A stretch of DNA of 64,000 nt, from the IMG/VR virus record IMGVR_UViG_3300037455_000372, positions 171,710 to 235,709 of that record; one strand, given 5' to 3'. Shown piece after piece: positions 19,179 to 28,800 of the stretch. Made by a program: the position numbers and the translations under genes. A model generated the notes under the pieces. It worked only from the letters and a program-made list of their open reading frames with translations. It was not told where the DNA came from and made no database searches. Position 1 is the first letter of the stretch. Each line of letters starts with the position of its first letter. Source of the DNA: a virus. Lineage: Duplodnaviria > Heunggongvirae > Uroviricota > Caudoviricetes.

Positions 19179-22142
19179 ATGCCCGTAGTAAACGAAGAAC
19201 AGAAAACCCCAGTGAGACCGATGTACCGCTCGGTCTACCACGATACCGAAAACGACCGTATGTACGTATGGTACGTTGATGGTACTTTTGACGCTGTACC
19301 CGTCAAGCACGAATTTTATACTACAATTAAGGGTCAGTACAATGCCGTCGAATGCGGAATGAAGAACATCTGGGACCAAGATGTCTACAAGATTGAAATC
19401 AAGAAGCGCGAAGGATTGTCGGCCTACGAATTTGAAAAGCGCATCCGCCAAGACCATAGCGGACCGAACAACAACCTCGCGGAAATCGATATCGACCCGC
19501 GATGCCGTTTCCTACAAGACCATTATAAAGACGCTGGTATGATGTCTCCGAAGATGGAGGACATCAATCTGTGCTTTATGGATATTGAAAACGCCACCAC
19601 CGGACGATTCTCCGCGCCGGTCGAGGCGTTGTACCCAATCAACGTAGTTACCCTATCGTTCTCGAAAGGTAAGAAGCGTTATACATTCGGCTTGCAGCGC
19701 GATATCGACGAAAAGTCGAAAGAGTTTTTACGATCCAAGAATTGCGAATATGTTTTGTGCAGTAGCGAAGCTGACCTTATTTCGAAGGTGATGTATTGCA
19801 TCGGTTCTAACGATGTGGACATCCTCTCCGGTTGGAACTTCGGGTACGATACCGTGTATATGGCCACTCGTATCAAGAAGCTTAACGAAGGTCTTCCTCG
19901 CGCACAGCAGTTGTCCCTAGACTTGATGTCCAGAATGCGTGGACATAACAAGCACGCCTATTTGAACAAGGAGAATGAACTTGTCATCAACGGTACGGAA
20001 GTTATCGACTTCCTTGCCTTGTACAAGAAATATACGTTCTCCGAAGAATCTTCTTATAAGTTGGACTATATTGGTGGAAAGGTCGTCGGCCAGCACAAGG
20101 CTCCGCTTCCTGACGGCTACCAGTCTTGGATTAACCACTGGTCTGACTATGTAGTGTATAACTTTATCGACGTGGAACTTCTGGAACTCATTAACGAGAA
20201 GACCCAGATGTTCAAGCTGGCCGTTACCTCGGCTGCAGCCGCTCGTGTTCCTGTTTCGTTCGTGTTTGAGTCCAAGAAGATGCTGACTGGCTTCGTGCTG
20301 GATCACTTGCATCATACTGGACGCGTGTTCCCTCCGTACAAGACCCAGACCAAGGAAGAGTTCCCCGGTGCTTTCGTTTACTCAGTTCCGGGCTACAAGG
20401 AATACTTGGTTTCGTATGACTACCGTTCACTATATCCGTCGATTATGATGACTTTCAATACCTCTCCGGAGATGAAGGTCACGTTCCCGATCGATTATGT
20501 GCTGACGGAGGAAGAACGCAAGAATCTTATCAAGTCTCCTTGGGACCACAATGGACGCTACCAAGTCTACTTCCGCAAGGACAAGATTGGCGTCGTGCCG
20601 GAAGTTACTCGTCTGTTGTTCGACGGTCGTTCCAACTTGAAAAAGCAGATGAAGAAGGCCAAGAAGGCTGGCGATATGGAAAGCGCGTCGGTCTTCGATA
20701 TGATGCAGAAGGTTTACAAGGTTTTGGGTAACTCTCTGTACGGTCTTCTCGGTTCCAACTACTTCGCTCTGTATGACGTGGACAACGCCGCTTCGATTAC
20801 GGCTTATGGCCAGCGTCTTATTAAGTTCACCATTGAGTGTCTGGCTGAATACATCAACAATGATATCAGTACGGATGACCGCTTCTACAACGTGTTCGGC
20901 TATCGTCCGGAAATCGACCCCGAACTGGTCGGAACGTTCGAAGACCAGAAGACTGGTGAAATTAACTACAAGCGAATGAGCCACGGTGATACGGACTCCT
21001 TCTTCGTCAAGTTCGGCGACATCTACGAACCGTTCAGACAGAAGCAGGGGACTGGTACTTCGGTTCTGGTCTTCAAGGGTCACGAGCTTGTCGAGCACGA
21101 GAAGTTCGATAACGACCACGAAATGGATTCCAAGAAGTTCTTCAACCAGATGTGCCTCAAGTACGATAAGGACGGCTGGACATCTAAGGAAATGCGTACT
21201 CCGGATGAACATACTGGCTTCACCAAATGCCAGATTACGTTTGCCGACGGTATCTATTTCTGTGGCGATCATAGAGTTATTTATAACCGCTACCGCTTGA
21301 CAGACTTCTGCCGTATTCTTGACGCTTGCATTCTTGAAGAGGAACTTGACAAGTATATGCTTGCTTACGCCAACAAGTGGAACTACCTCACCAACGAGTT
21401 GTTCCTCAAGCGCGAGAAGTGCATATACAAGGCCATCGTTACGGCGAAGAAAAAGTACATCTGCTTGGTCGAGTCGATGGAAGATATCGTCTACCTTGAC
21501 AAGGGACACAAGGAAAACGGCAAGTGGATTCAAGGCGACTTGTCGGTCAAGCCCGAATACGCTATCACCGGTCTTGAACTCGTCCGTAGCTCTACCGCTA
21601 TGTTCGGTCGTGACCGTATGATGGAAATGGTGGACTTGATGATGGACGGCCTTGACCGTACTAAGGTTCGTAACCGCTTGCTGGAAATGAAGAAGGAATT
21701 CTTCAAGGCGGTCGCCGAGGATAACATCAACTACATCGCTTGTCCGAGCGGTGTCAAGACGGCTCCGCCTCCGTTCGAAGTCCTTGAAAAGATGACGACC
21801 GAGGAAAAGCTCGCGAACAAGTACGAATGGCGTTGCCAAGGCGCGTCCGTTTGGAACTACTTGATTCTGCACGACCCGGAACTGTCCAAGCACACCTACG
21901 AACCGGTTGCGGCTGGCTCCAAGATCCGTTTCATCAAGAAAGCCGACAAGCTGTTCGGTGTCTCCATCATCTGCTATACAGGTGAAGAATGTCCGCCGAG
22001 ACTGCTCGAAATCTTCCATCCGGACTGGGAAGAACACTGGAAGACAAGCGTTGCCCAGATTCTTGGAAGACTTTTTGAAGCTGTTGGCTGGGATGAACAG
22101 CTGGAATATGACGAAAGTGACTTTATGCTGGAGTATTTCTAA
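19179..22142 (+). CDS. gp43: Family B DNA polymerase, gp43-like
   Basis: Exonuclease DIE, GWNFGYD, YNFIDV; polymerase motifs SYDYRSLYPSI, KVLGNSLYG, GDTDS, KKKY, GLELVRSS. Confidence 0.95.
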   Translation: MPVVNEEQKTPVRPMYRSVYHDTENDRMYVWYVDGTFDAVPVKHEFYTTIKGQYNAVECGMKNIWDQDVYKIEIKKREGLSAYEFEKRIRQDHSGPNNNLAEIDIDPRCRFLQDHYKDAGMMSPKMEDINLCFMDIENATTGRFSAPVEALYPINVVTLSFSKGKKRYTFGLQRDIDEKSKEFLRSKNCEYVLCSSEADLISKVMYCIGSNDVDILSGWNFGYDTVYMATRIKKLNEGLPRAQQLSLDLMSRMRGHNKHAYLNKENELVINGTEVIDFLALYKKYTFSEESSYKLDYIGGKVVGQHKAPLPDGYQSWINHWSDYVVYNFIDVELLELINEKTQMFKLAVTSAAAARVPVSFVFESKKMLTGFVLDHLHHTGRVFPPYKTQTKEEFPGAFVYSVPGYKEYLVSYDYRSLYPSIMMTFNTSPEMKVTFPIDYVLTEEERKNLIKSPWDHNGRYQVYFRKDKIGVVPEVTRLLFDGRSNLKKQMKKAKKAGDMESASVFDMMQKVYKVLGNSLYGLLGSNYFALYDVDNAASITAYGQRLIKFTIECLAEYINNDISTDDRFYNVFGYRPEIDPELVGTFEDQKTGEINYKRMSHGDTDSFFVKFGDIYEPFRQKQGTGTSVLVFKGHELVEHEKFDNDHEMDSKKFFNQMCLKYDKDGWTSKEMRTPDEHTGFTKCQITFADGIYFCGDHRVIYNRYRLTDFCRILDACILEEELDKYMLAYANKWNYLTNELFLKREKCIYKAIVTAKKKYICLVESMEDIVYLDKGHKENGKWIQGDLSVKPEYAITGLELVRSSTAMFGRDRMMEMVDLMMDGLDRTKVRNRLLEMKKEFFKAVAEDNINYIACPSGVKTAPPPFEVLEKMTTEEKLANKYEWRCQGASVWNYLILHDPELSKHTYEPVAAGSKIRFIKKADKLFGVSIICYTGEECPPRLLEIFHPDWEEHWKTSVAQILGRLFEAVGWDEQLEYDESDFMLEYF

Positions 22143-22657
22143 TGATTAAGAAGACTATAGTAGAAAAGGCTCTCATTCGGATATTGTATTCCAAGCTGGG
22201 CAAAGTCGTGAACAACTGGTTTCGTCGCCGTCGTAACAAGAAGCTGCTTGAGGAACTTCCGTTCTTGCGGCCTTTGAATTGGGACGGTTCGGTCGACACG
22301 AGCTATGACTATACTTGGACTCACTTGGACAACTTTCCACGCGGCTGGCACAAGCTGATTGTGAAGTATCTGAGAGAAGTCAAGACCGTCTTGGTTAAGT
22401 ATGGCCAGTTGAACAAGTTGATAATTGTCGAATCGAAGGAGAAGTGGGGCGAGGCTCGCATCTACTACTCCGGTCTGGACAATGCCGACTGCTACGATGA
22501 AATCGACGAAATCTTTAACCGTATGAGCGCGGAGAGCGGTAAGACGTGCTGCGTCTGCGGTAGGAAGGCCGAATATCAGACGCTTGGCTGGATTCTTCCG
22601 TTCTGCGGAAAGTGCATCAAGCGTACGTCTGGTCGTAACCGCAAGATCGAGAATTAG
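22142..22657 (+). CDS. Hypothetical phage protein of the KEK(F/W)G...CxxCG type
   Basis: SKEKWGEARIYY...TCCVCG...PFCGKC. Confidence 0.7.
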   Translation: MIKKTIVEKALIRILYSKLGKVVNNWFRRRRNKKLLEELPFLRPLNWDGSVDTSYDYTWTHLDNFPRGWHKLIVKYLREVKTVLVKYGQLNKLIIVESKEKWGEARIYYSGLDNADCYDEIDEIFNRMSAESGKTCCVCGRKAEYQTLGWILPFCGKCIKRTSGRNRKIEN

Positions 22658-22977
22658 GAGTTGGCCGTGCTGGTATCTGCAGAAACATTCTCCGGGAAAC
22701 CGTTTCCCATAATGCCGAGGGAAGTGCGCCCCGCTGACGGATATACAGCTGCCTTTGCGCCTTGCTTGGCTGCGTGGCAACGTGCCAGTGCCTTGTCGGA
22801 GACCGTCTGCTTGTCGAAGTATTCGTTCTCGTCAAGCTCGTCGGTACAAGTACGAGGCTGCGGAATTGGTTGCTTTGGGTTGACATCCGAACACACTTGT
22901 TCGTACAAGGACTTTGCAGCCTTGCCGCAATCGCTCGAAAGCGATGAAACATAGGAATAGAAATTAACCTTCGACAT
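22654..22977 (-). CDS. Small late protein
   Basis: 107 aa; TATAAACT (minus, 22984-22991) ends 6 nt before the ATG. Confidence 0.6.
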   Translation of the reverse strand: MSKVNFYSYVSSLSSDCGKAAKSLYEQVCSDVNPKQPIPQPRTCTDELDENEYFDKQTVSDKALARCHAAKQGAKAAVYPSAGRTSLGIMGNGFPENVSADTSTANS

Positions 22978-22991
22978 ACTAGGAGTTTATA

Positions 22992-24008
22992 ATGATCTCT
23001 CTTGGAAACACTGAATTTAACGACGAAAGCGGAATCGGAGCTGAAATCCGCAAGAATGAACCTTGGACTAAAAAGTACGAAGGTCACGACCTTACTGGTA
23101 TTATATTACCGTCCGACATCCATAATGAAATCGAGTTCGCTCTGGAGAACAATTCTCTGACCGACTACATTTTCCATTCTGGTGCTCCGGGAACTGGTAA
23201 GACATCCCTTGCGAAGGCCATTCCGGAAATGCTCGGTGTTGACAGCAAGTTCTTCAAGTGTACGAAGGATAGCGAAATTATGGACTCCATCGAGGAGTAC
23301 ATTATGTACAGCTCGCCCAACGGAAAGCCGCGCTTTATCATCATCGACGAAGCCGACAAGCCGAAGGATGCCGACCGTCTGTTCCGTTTCCTCCAGTCTA
23401 CGATTTCCGAAGAGACCCGAACTGTACGTTTTATCTTGACGATGAACGATTTCTGGCGTATTCCGGATGCCATCGTGTCACGATGCCATCCTATCGAGTT
23501 CACGGTTCCGTCTCTTGAAGACCGTGATTACAAGATTCGTCTTTACAAGCACTTGATGGAAATCGCCAAGAAGGAAACCGAGCCGTTTGGCGGCAAGGTT
23601 GACAAGAACACGATTGTTCGCTTGATTCAAGACTATTTCCCGGACATCCGTCAGATGATTGTCTGTATGCAGTCGATCTTCAACAAGAACCGTGGCAGCA
23701 TAACCGGTGAACCGCCTCGTGTTGATGGGGAGATGATTTCCGAGATTTTCCGCTTGACCACGACGTACCAAGTCGTCCAGCTCCGTCAGTACATTTCGGC
23801 ACAAGTCAAGTTCCCTCGCAGCATCTATACTCCGTTCTGCGACTATGCAGTTGAACACTTGCCGCAAGATGTTTTGCTTCCGTTTGGAATCCTCGCTGCA
23901 GATTACATTTTCAAGTCTGCTCACGCGGTCGACCAAGAAATCAACCTATGGGGATTCTTGCTGAACGTGATGAAGGTTCTCCAGTCCGCCAAGAAAGAGG
24001 CCAAGTAA
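22992..24008 (+). CDS. gp44: Clamp loader ATPase subunit, gp44/RFC-like
   Basis: PWTKKY, GAPGTGKTS, IIIDEAD, FILTMN, SRC, FPDIR; SD AGGAG. Confidence 0.93.
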   Translation: MISLGNTEFNDESGIGAEIRKNEPWTKKYEGHDLTGIILPSDIHNEIEFALENNSLTDYIFHSGAPGTGKTSLAKAIPEMLGVDSKFFKCTKDSEIMDSIEEYIMYSSPNGKPRFIIIDEADKPKDADRLFRFLQSTISEETRTVRFILTMNDFWRIPDAIVSRCHPIEFTVPSLEDRDYKIRLYKHLMEIAKKETEPFGGKVDKNTIVRLIQDYFPDIRQMIVCMQSIFNKNRGSITGEPPRVDGEMISEIFRLTTTYQVVQLRQYISAQVKFPRSIYTPFCDYAVEHLPQDVLLPFGILAADYIFKSAHAVDQEINLWGFLLNVMKVLQSAKKEAK

Positions 24009-24478
24009 TGTCGTTTGACCACAAGAAGTTCATAGCCGACCGTATCATCGGCAACCCGGTCACCGGTGCCGACGTTGCGGATTTCGACTCGTACGCCGCG
24101 ATTTACACTTTGTCGATGACGCCGGGACTGATAAACGCATTGACGGCTATCAATACCATCCAGTTCACAAAGCTATCGAAGCATACTCAGGCGAAGGTGA
24201 TGGAATGGTTCAACAAGAAGCCTATCAGCGAGGGGTACATCCGCGCATATCCGTCGGAGATTAACGCGGTTAATCAAAGACGCGAACGTATAATGGACGT
24301 TTACGACGTTTCTATGCTTGAGGCCGATATGCTGCAGCGTTACGGACTTGTCGATATGGATCTGATAAACGAGTTCTATGAGTACAAGACGAATGGTATT
24401 CTTCCGAAGGCGAAGAAGGCCAAGAGGGGTAAAAAGGAGGCGAAACCCAATGGAAGTGAATTGGAAGAAAGTAAGTGA
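24008..24478 (+). CDS. gp62: Clamp loader small subunit, gp62-like
   Basis: TAATG-coupled to gp44; size and FDSYAAIYTLS...IMDVYDVS..EA pattern. Confidence 0.55.
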   Translation: MSFDHKKFIADRIIGNPVTGADVADFDSYAAIYTLSMTPGLINALTAINTIQFTKLSKHTQAKVMEWFNKKPISEGYIRAYPSEINAVNQRRERIMDVYDVSMLEADMLQRYGLVDMDLINEFYEYKTNGILPKAKKAKRGKKEAKPNGSELEESK

Positions 24479-24686
24479 CGAACTGCCGTCCCACAGCAGA
24501 GCCGTCGCCATTTTCCCGCATCACAATGGCAACGAGTTCGCTTGCTGGAATGATTATCACAAGTGCTGGGACACTCCGGACGGTGACGACTATATGTGCG
24601 ATAAGGAATCCGTGTTTTGCTGGGTCGAGATTCCGGACGTTCCGCAAGCATTGAAAGAGGAATGGGCAAATGGTAAATCCAAATAG
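24450..24686 (+). CDS. DUF551-like small protein
   Basis: NWKKVSDELP...VFCWVEIP; SD AGGAGG. Confidence 0.7.
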   Translation: MEVNWKKVSDELPSHSRAVAIFPHHNGNEFACWNDYHKCWDTPDGDDYMCDKESVFCWVEIPDVPQALKEEWANGKSK

Positions 24687-24900
24687 CGAAGATGTCCAGC
24701 TACTTATGGACACGTTCCACGTCGACAAGGACAAGGCGATCCGTATGATTGAGGGTGGCTGGAATGTCGACTTTATGAAAAAAGGCATCTTTGATACCAT
24801 AGATGCCGAGGTTAATCTGGAAAGTAAGGTCAAAGACCTGAAGAAGGCCGTCGATGCGTCACTGCAGAAGGCTGCCGAGTTTCAGAAGGACTTTAAGTAG
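24670..24900 (+). CDS. Hypothetical protein
   Basis: 76 aa; SD GAGG; its 3' end overlaps the convergent gene by 42 bp. Confidence 0.6.
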   Translation: MVNPNSEDVQLLMDTFHVDKDKAIRMIEGGWNVDFMKKGIFDTIDAEVNLESKVKDLKKAVDASLQKAAEFQKDFK

Positions 24901-25716
24901 GTTCTGGGTCTGGTCACCGTTGGCCTTGCCGTCGGTTTCGCCTTCCTCCGGTTCTTTCGGTCTGTAGTTACCATTCTCGTCAAGTTCAACTGCGCTATCG
25001 GTGTCGTCTAGCTTTTCAGTCTGCTGGGCGGCACCTTCTTCGTTAGGAACCATCTCCGGAGTCTGAGCGTCTTCTTTGGGTTCGTCTTCCTTTACCTTAC
25101 CGAACGAGATGTCTTCGCCTTCGAGGTGGAGAGCGGTGTCCGCATATCGAGAGAACAGGGCGAGCAGATGTTCATCCGGGGGATTTCCCTTGAAGTCACC
25201 TTCGCCGGATGCATAGTCATACAGATATTCGGCTACTGTCTTGCCTTCGAGGTCTTGTTCATACCAAGCGTTACCCGGTTCGGTGTTTTCGGTATCGCCC
25301 GGAACCGTAACTGCGTTGTAACACATATTCTTCCGCAGCAAATCTTCAATTAGCTGGTAATTCACAACCTGGGTCGACTTACCGAGCGCGGCTTGGACTA
25401 GTGTCTTCAATACAGAGTCGTAGTTGGAATCCTTCGCCGTAAGGACTATTGGGTCGATACGGAGCAAGTCCCTCAGCTGCAGACCAGCCCAAATGTGGAG
25501 CTGGGTAGTCCATTCACCGTCGGAGGTGCGGATAGGCTGTACGAACTGCATCGGAAATTTCAGCAAGGCGCGGCGAGAATTGGGGGAAATGATGTCGGCT
25601 TTGTTAACCATTGCCGTCTGGAACGCCTCGATGATAGCCTTGTCGTTTGGACGTGCTGCCTTCAGCTCGTTCAGCTTGTAGTTCATAATCGTGCAAATTT
25701 GTGCTGTTTCTGCCAT
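24859..25716 (-). CDS. Hypothetical late protein
   Basis: 285 aa; ATAAACT on the minus strand at 25746-25752. Confidence 0.7.
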   Translation of the reverse strand: MAETAQICTIMNYKLNELKAARPNDKAIIEAFQTAMVNKADIISPNSRRALLKFPMQFVQPIRTSDGEWTTQLHIWAGLQLRDLLRIDPIVLTAKDSNYDSVLKTLVQAALGKSTQVVNYQLIEDLLRKNMCYNAVTVPGDTENTEPGNAWYEQDLEGKTVAEYLYDYASGEGDFKGNPPDEHLLALFSRYADTALHLEGEDISFGKVKEDEPKEDAQTPEMVPNEEGAAQQTEKLDDTDSAVELDENGNYRPKEPEEGETDGKANGDQTQNLLKVLLKLGSLLQ

Positions 25717-25745
25717 TTTGGAGCCGTCTATGATGTTCTAAACGG

Positions 25746-25792
25746 AGTTTATCAGTTTCGAGTGGCAAAAAATCGTGACCACCCCATAAACT
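25746..25792. promoter_or_regulatory. Divergent late-type promoters
   Basis: AGTTTAT 25746-25752 and ATAAACT 25786-25792. Confidence 0.7.
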
Positions 25793-25823
25793 TTGTGGAA
25801 ACAAACGTACCATGAGGTAAACT

Positions 25824-28800
25824 ATGGGAACTAAAATGGGTTTTCCGCCGGGTGTACGAATCCAGCTGCGCGATAATTCCGCCTACTCCGTAGTCGAGAA
25901 TCCAGCAACTACCGCTGGTATCGTCGGTTTTGCTTCTAAGGGTGAATTGAACAAAATCATCCAAGTGAACACGACCGCCGAACAGGACGCAAAGCTGGGT
26001 TATGGCTACCAGAGCTATAAGTACAACCAAGGAATGTATGCTGCTCGTGCCGTGCTTGACGCCGGTGGCGTTGTCGAATTTGTCCGTCCGTATGGCGAAG
26101 AAATCGACCGTACCGACCCGCGTAAGCGTGATTTGAAGACTGATGCCTTTGTGGTTGCGTTCGACAAGAATGCTGGCCAGTATAAATGCGAGGCCGAGCA
26201 GACTTCTTTCCAGATTGAACACTTTGCCGCTACCCGTTTCAAGACTGACGGTGCAGCCGCTTATGGTGTGACTCGTAAGATTAACAACATCGCTGAAGCG
26301 GTGACTACCGGTAAGAACGTGGACTTCGGTCTTACGGCTTCCGAAGACTATGCCGATAGCAACAAGGCTCGTAAGTGGGATGGTGAACACTGCACTGATA
26401 TGGTGCTCTTTGCCATTATGAACCGCGACCCCAGCTATGCCTACCGCGCATTCGACCGTTTCGAAATTGTTGGCCAGCCGGACTACGGCACTGACAGAAC
26501 GTCGGTCGTTGTGACCTTGTCTACGGTGCCGACTTTCACGATTGGCGACACCGTGTTGCTCCCTGCTTCTGGATCCAAGAACAATAACAAGGACACCCTT
26601 GCTACTGTTACTGACATTGAAGACAAGAAGGTGACCCTCGAAATTCCGGAAGAATACACGACCAGTGGTGCGCAGTATTTCAATGCCATCATCTTCTCGA
26701 ATCCGGATTCCGCTGTCGAAGACGGTTTCGACTATATGAACATCAAGACCGCTGTGGCTGGTCAGGGTGTGAAGAAGTTTGCCGCTGCCAAGTGGGGTTA
26801 TGACAAAACCAAGACTCCGTCCGTCATTAAGCCGGGTGACCGTTTCACGTTCAAGAACAAGAATGGCAATAACATTGACATCCGTCTTTGGAAGTCTACT
26901 GAAATTGAACAATCTGGTTCGTTCGTGCTGACCGACGACAACTTGGAAATCCCGTGCTCTGGCTTGGAAGTTGTGGTTGGTGATACTATTGCTTTGAAGC
27001 TTACGATTAACGGAACCGTGACTTACTTCACTGACTTGTACGTGAAGGATATTTCGGCTAGTGGCAACGCTATTGTTGCAAAGCCGGATGGATACGCTGC
27101 CGGAACTGATGCAAAGGTTTCGATTACGGAATGTTCCGAAGCCGTTCTCTACGCTGATGTGAACGATGCTGACACTTGGGAAAAGGTTGCTACCGCTGTG
27201 GTGAAGGTACTGAACAGCTCCGCTCTTGGTTATGCCAAGTCTGGAATTGTCAACAACATCAACTCTGCTAAGGGAACTACGATTGTCGTTGACCCAAGCG
27301 CAGCGTTCGACTACTCGATTGGTGATAAGGTGGCTGTGGTTCGTGCAAGCAAGTCGGTAGACAATACCGCTAGTGACACTCGCGCTACGGATGACTTCTT
27401 CAATGGTGATTCCATTCTTTCGACGGTTCTTACTGTTACTGACATCAACACCTTCACTGGTGTGATTACGGTTAACGACGCTCTCACGATTGAAATCACT
27501 GATTCTACTGTCTATCAGTTGATCAACTTGAGTACAACTTCGGCGACTGCCTACAACGCGGTTTCTTCGGAAACTTACACCTATAAAGGTGAAGCTGTGA
27601 CGAAGGAAATCACGATTCCGACCAATGAAATTACTGGCACGGTTACGCTTACCGCAGCTGACTTGAATAAGTTCGTTGGTTTTACCACTGTTGATGCGGT
27701 GGTTGCTTCGGTAACGCGTACTGGCGACCCGGCAATTACGGCAGCCGACGTGACCGTTACTCGTAACGGAAACGACGTGGTTGTTACGATTCCGGAGTCG
27801 AAGAAGTCTACCACAAATGCAGCGACGGTTTCTGTTACGCTCACTCCGTCCGTTGTCCGTGTACGCGACACGGTTGACACCTACATTGTGTCTAGCTACA
27901 CGATGTACGTCAGCTCCGTCGAACAGAAGGAAAACGTGGTTGTGAACGACGACGTAGATACTCAAGCTTTTGTCAAGACTGACGTTAAGTGGAACCTCGA
28001 CATCGAGAAGTCCGCAAAGGTTCTTGCCGATAGCGATATCGGTGCTACGTTCCTCGGACTTGGCCTTGCCAAGACGAACTACCTCGACGTTGACTTCGAC
28101 AACAACCCGCGTCAGGTCTACGTGCTGACCGACGAAGGTGTGAACATCGCTCGTATGTACCTCTCTATCCGCTACCGCTTCAACGGCAAGATTTACGAGT
28201 TCGAAGGTACTATCGTTCCGTACAGCACCGCTACGAAGATTCAGCTCGGCATCAAGCAAGCTGCCGACTACGAACTGACCGACAGTGGTTTGGAATTCAT
28301 TCTGAACGACTCTGGTGTGCTTGACTACTTCCTTGAAAACACGTCTTACGACTTGTCTCAGTCGCTCGTCGGCGGTACCCTCAACGGTTCTGTCACTGCG
28401 ATTGCATACAACTCTAATGACCCTGCTATCAAGAACGACGCAGTCTGGACTTACAATCCGTTGAACAACCGTTCTGGCAGCACTCTCTCGACGGTATGGA
28501 ACCTCTTCCTCAACAAGGACGGTTCTGACGTTGATATGCTCGTCGCTGCTGGTATGGCAATCAACAATCCGTTTATGAACAAGATTGAGACCTTGAATAC
28601 TCAGGTCATTCAGGCTATGTTGAATGTCTGTGAAGCCCGTAAGGACTGCTTCGCTCTCTTCGACGGTGTGTCTGAACCGGATATCAACAAGGCTCTCAAG
28701 AAGGATATCGCGGCTACCGGTTTCATTTCGACTCTGGGACGCTGGGGTATGCTCTACGACGGTCGCGGTCTCGTCCAAGACTCCGTGTACACCAACGGCG

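Noticed and set aside
19179-22142. Intein or intron in the polymerase (also checked helicase and terminase)
   Set aside because: Frames are continuous with no C/S...HN termini or LAGLIDADG motifs
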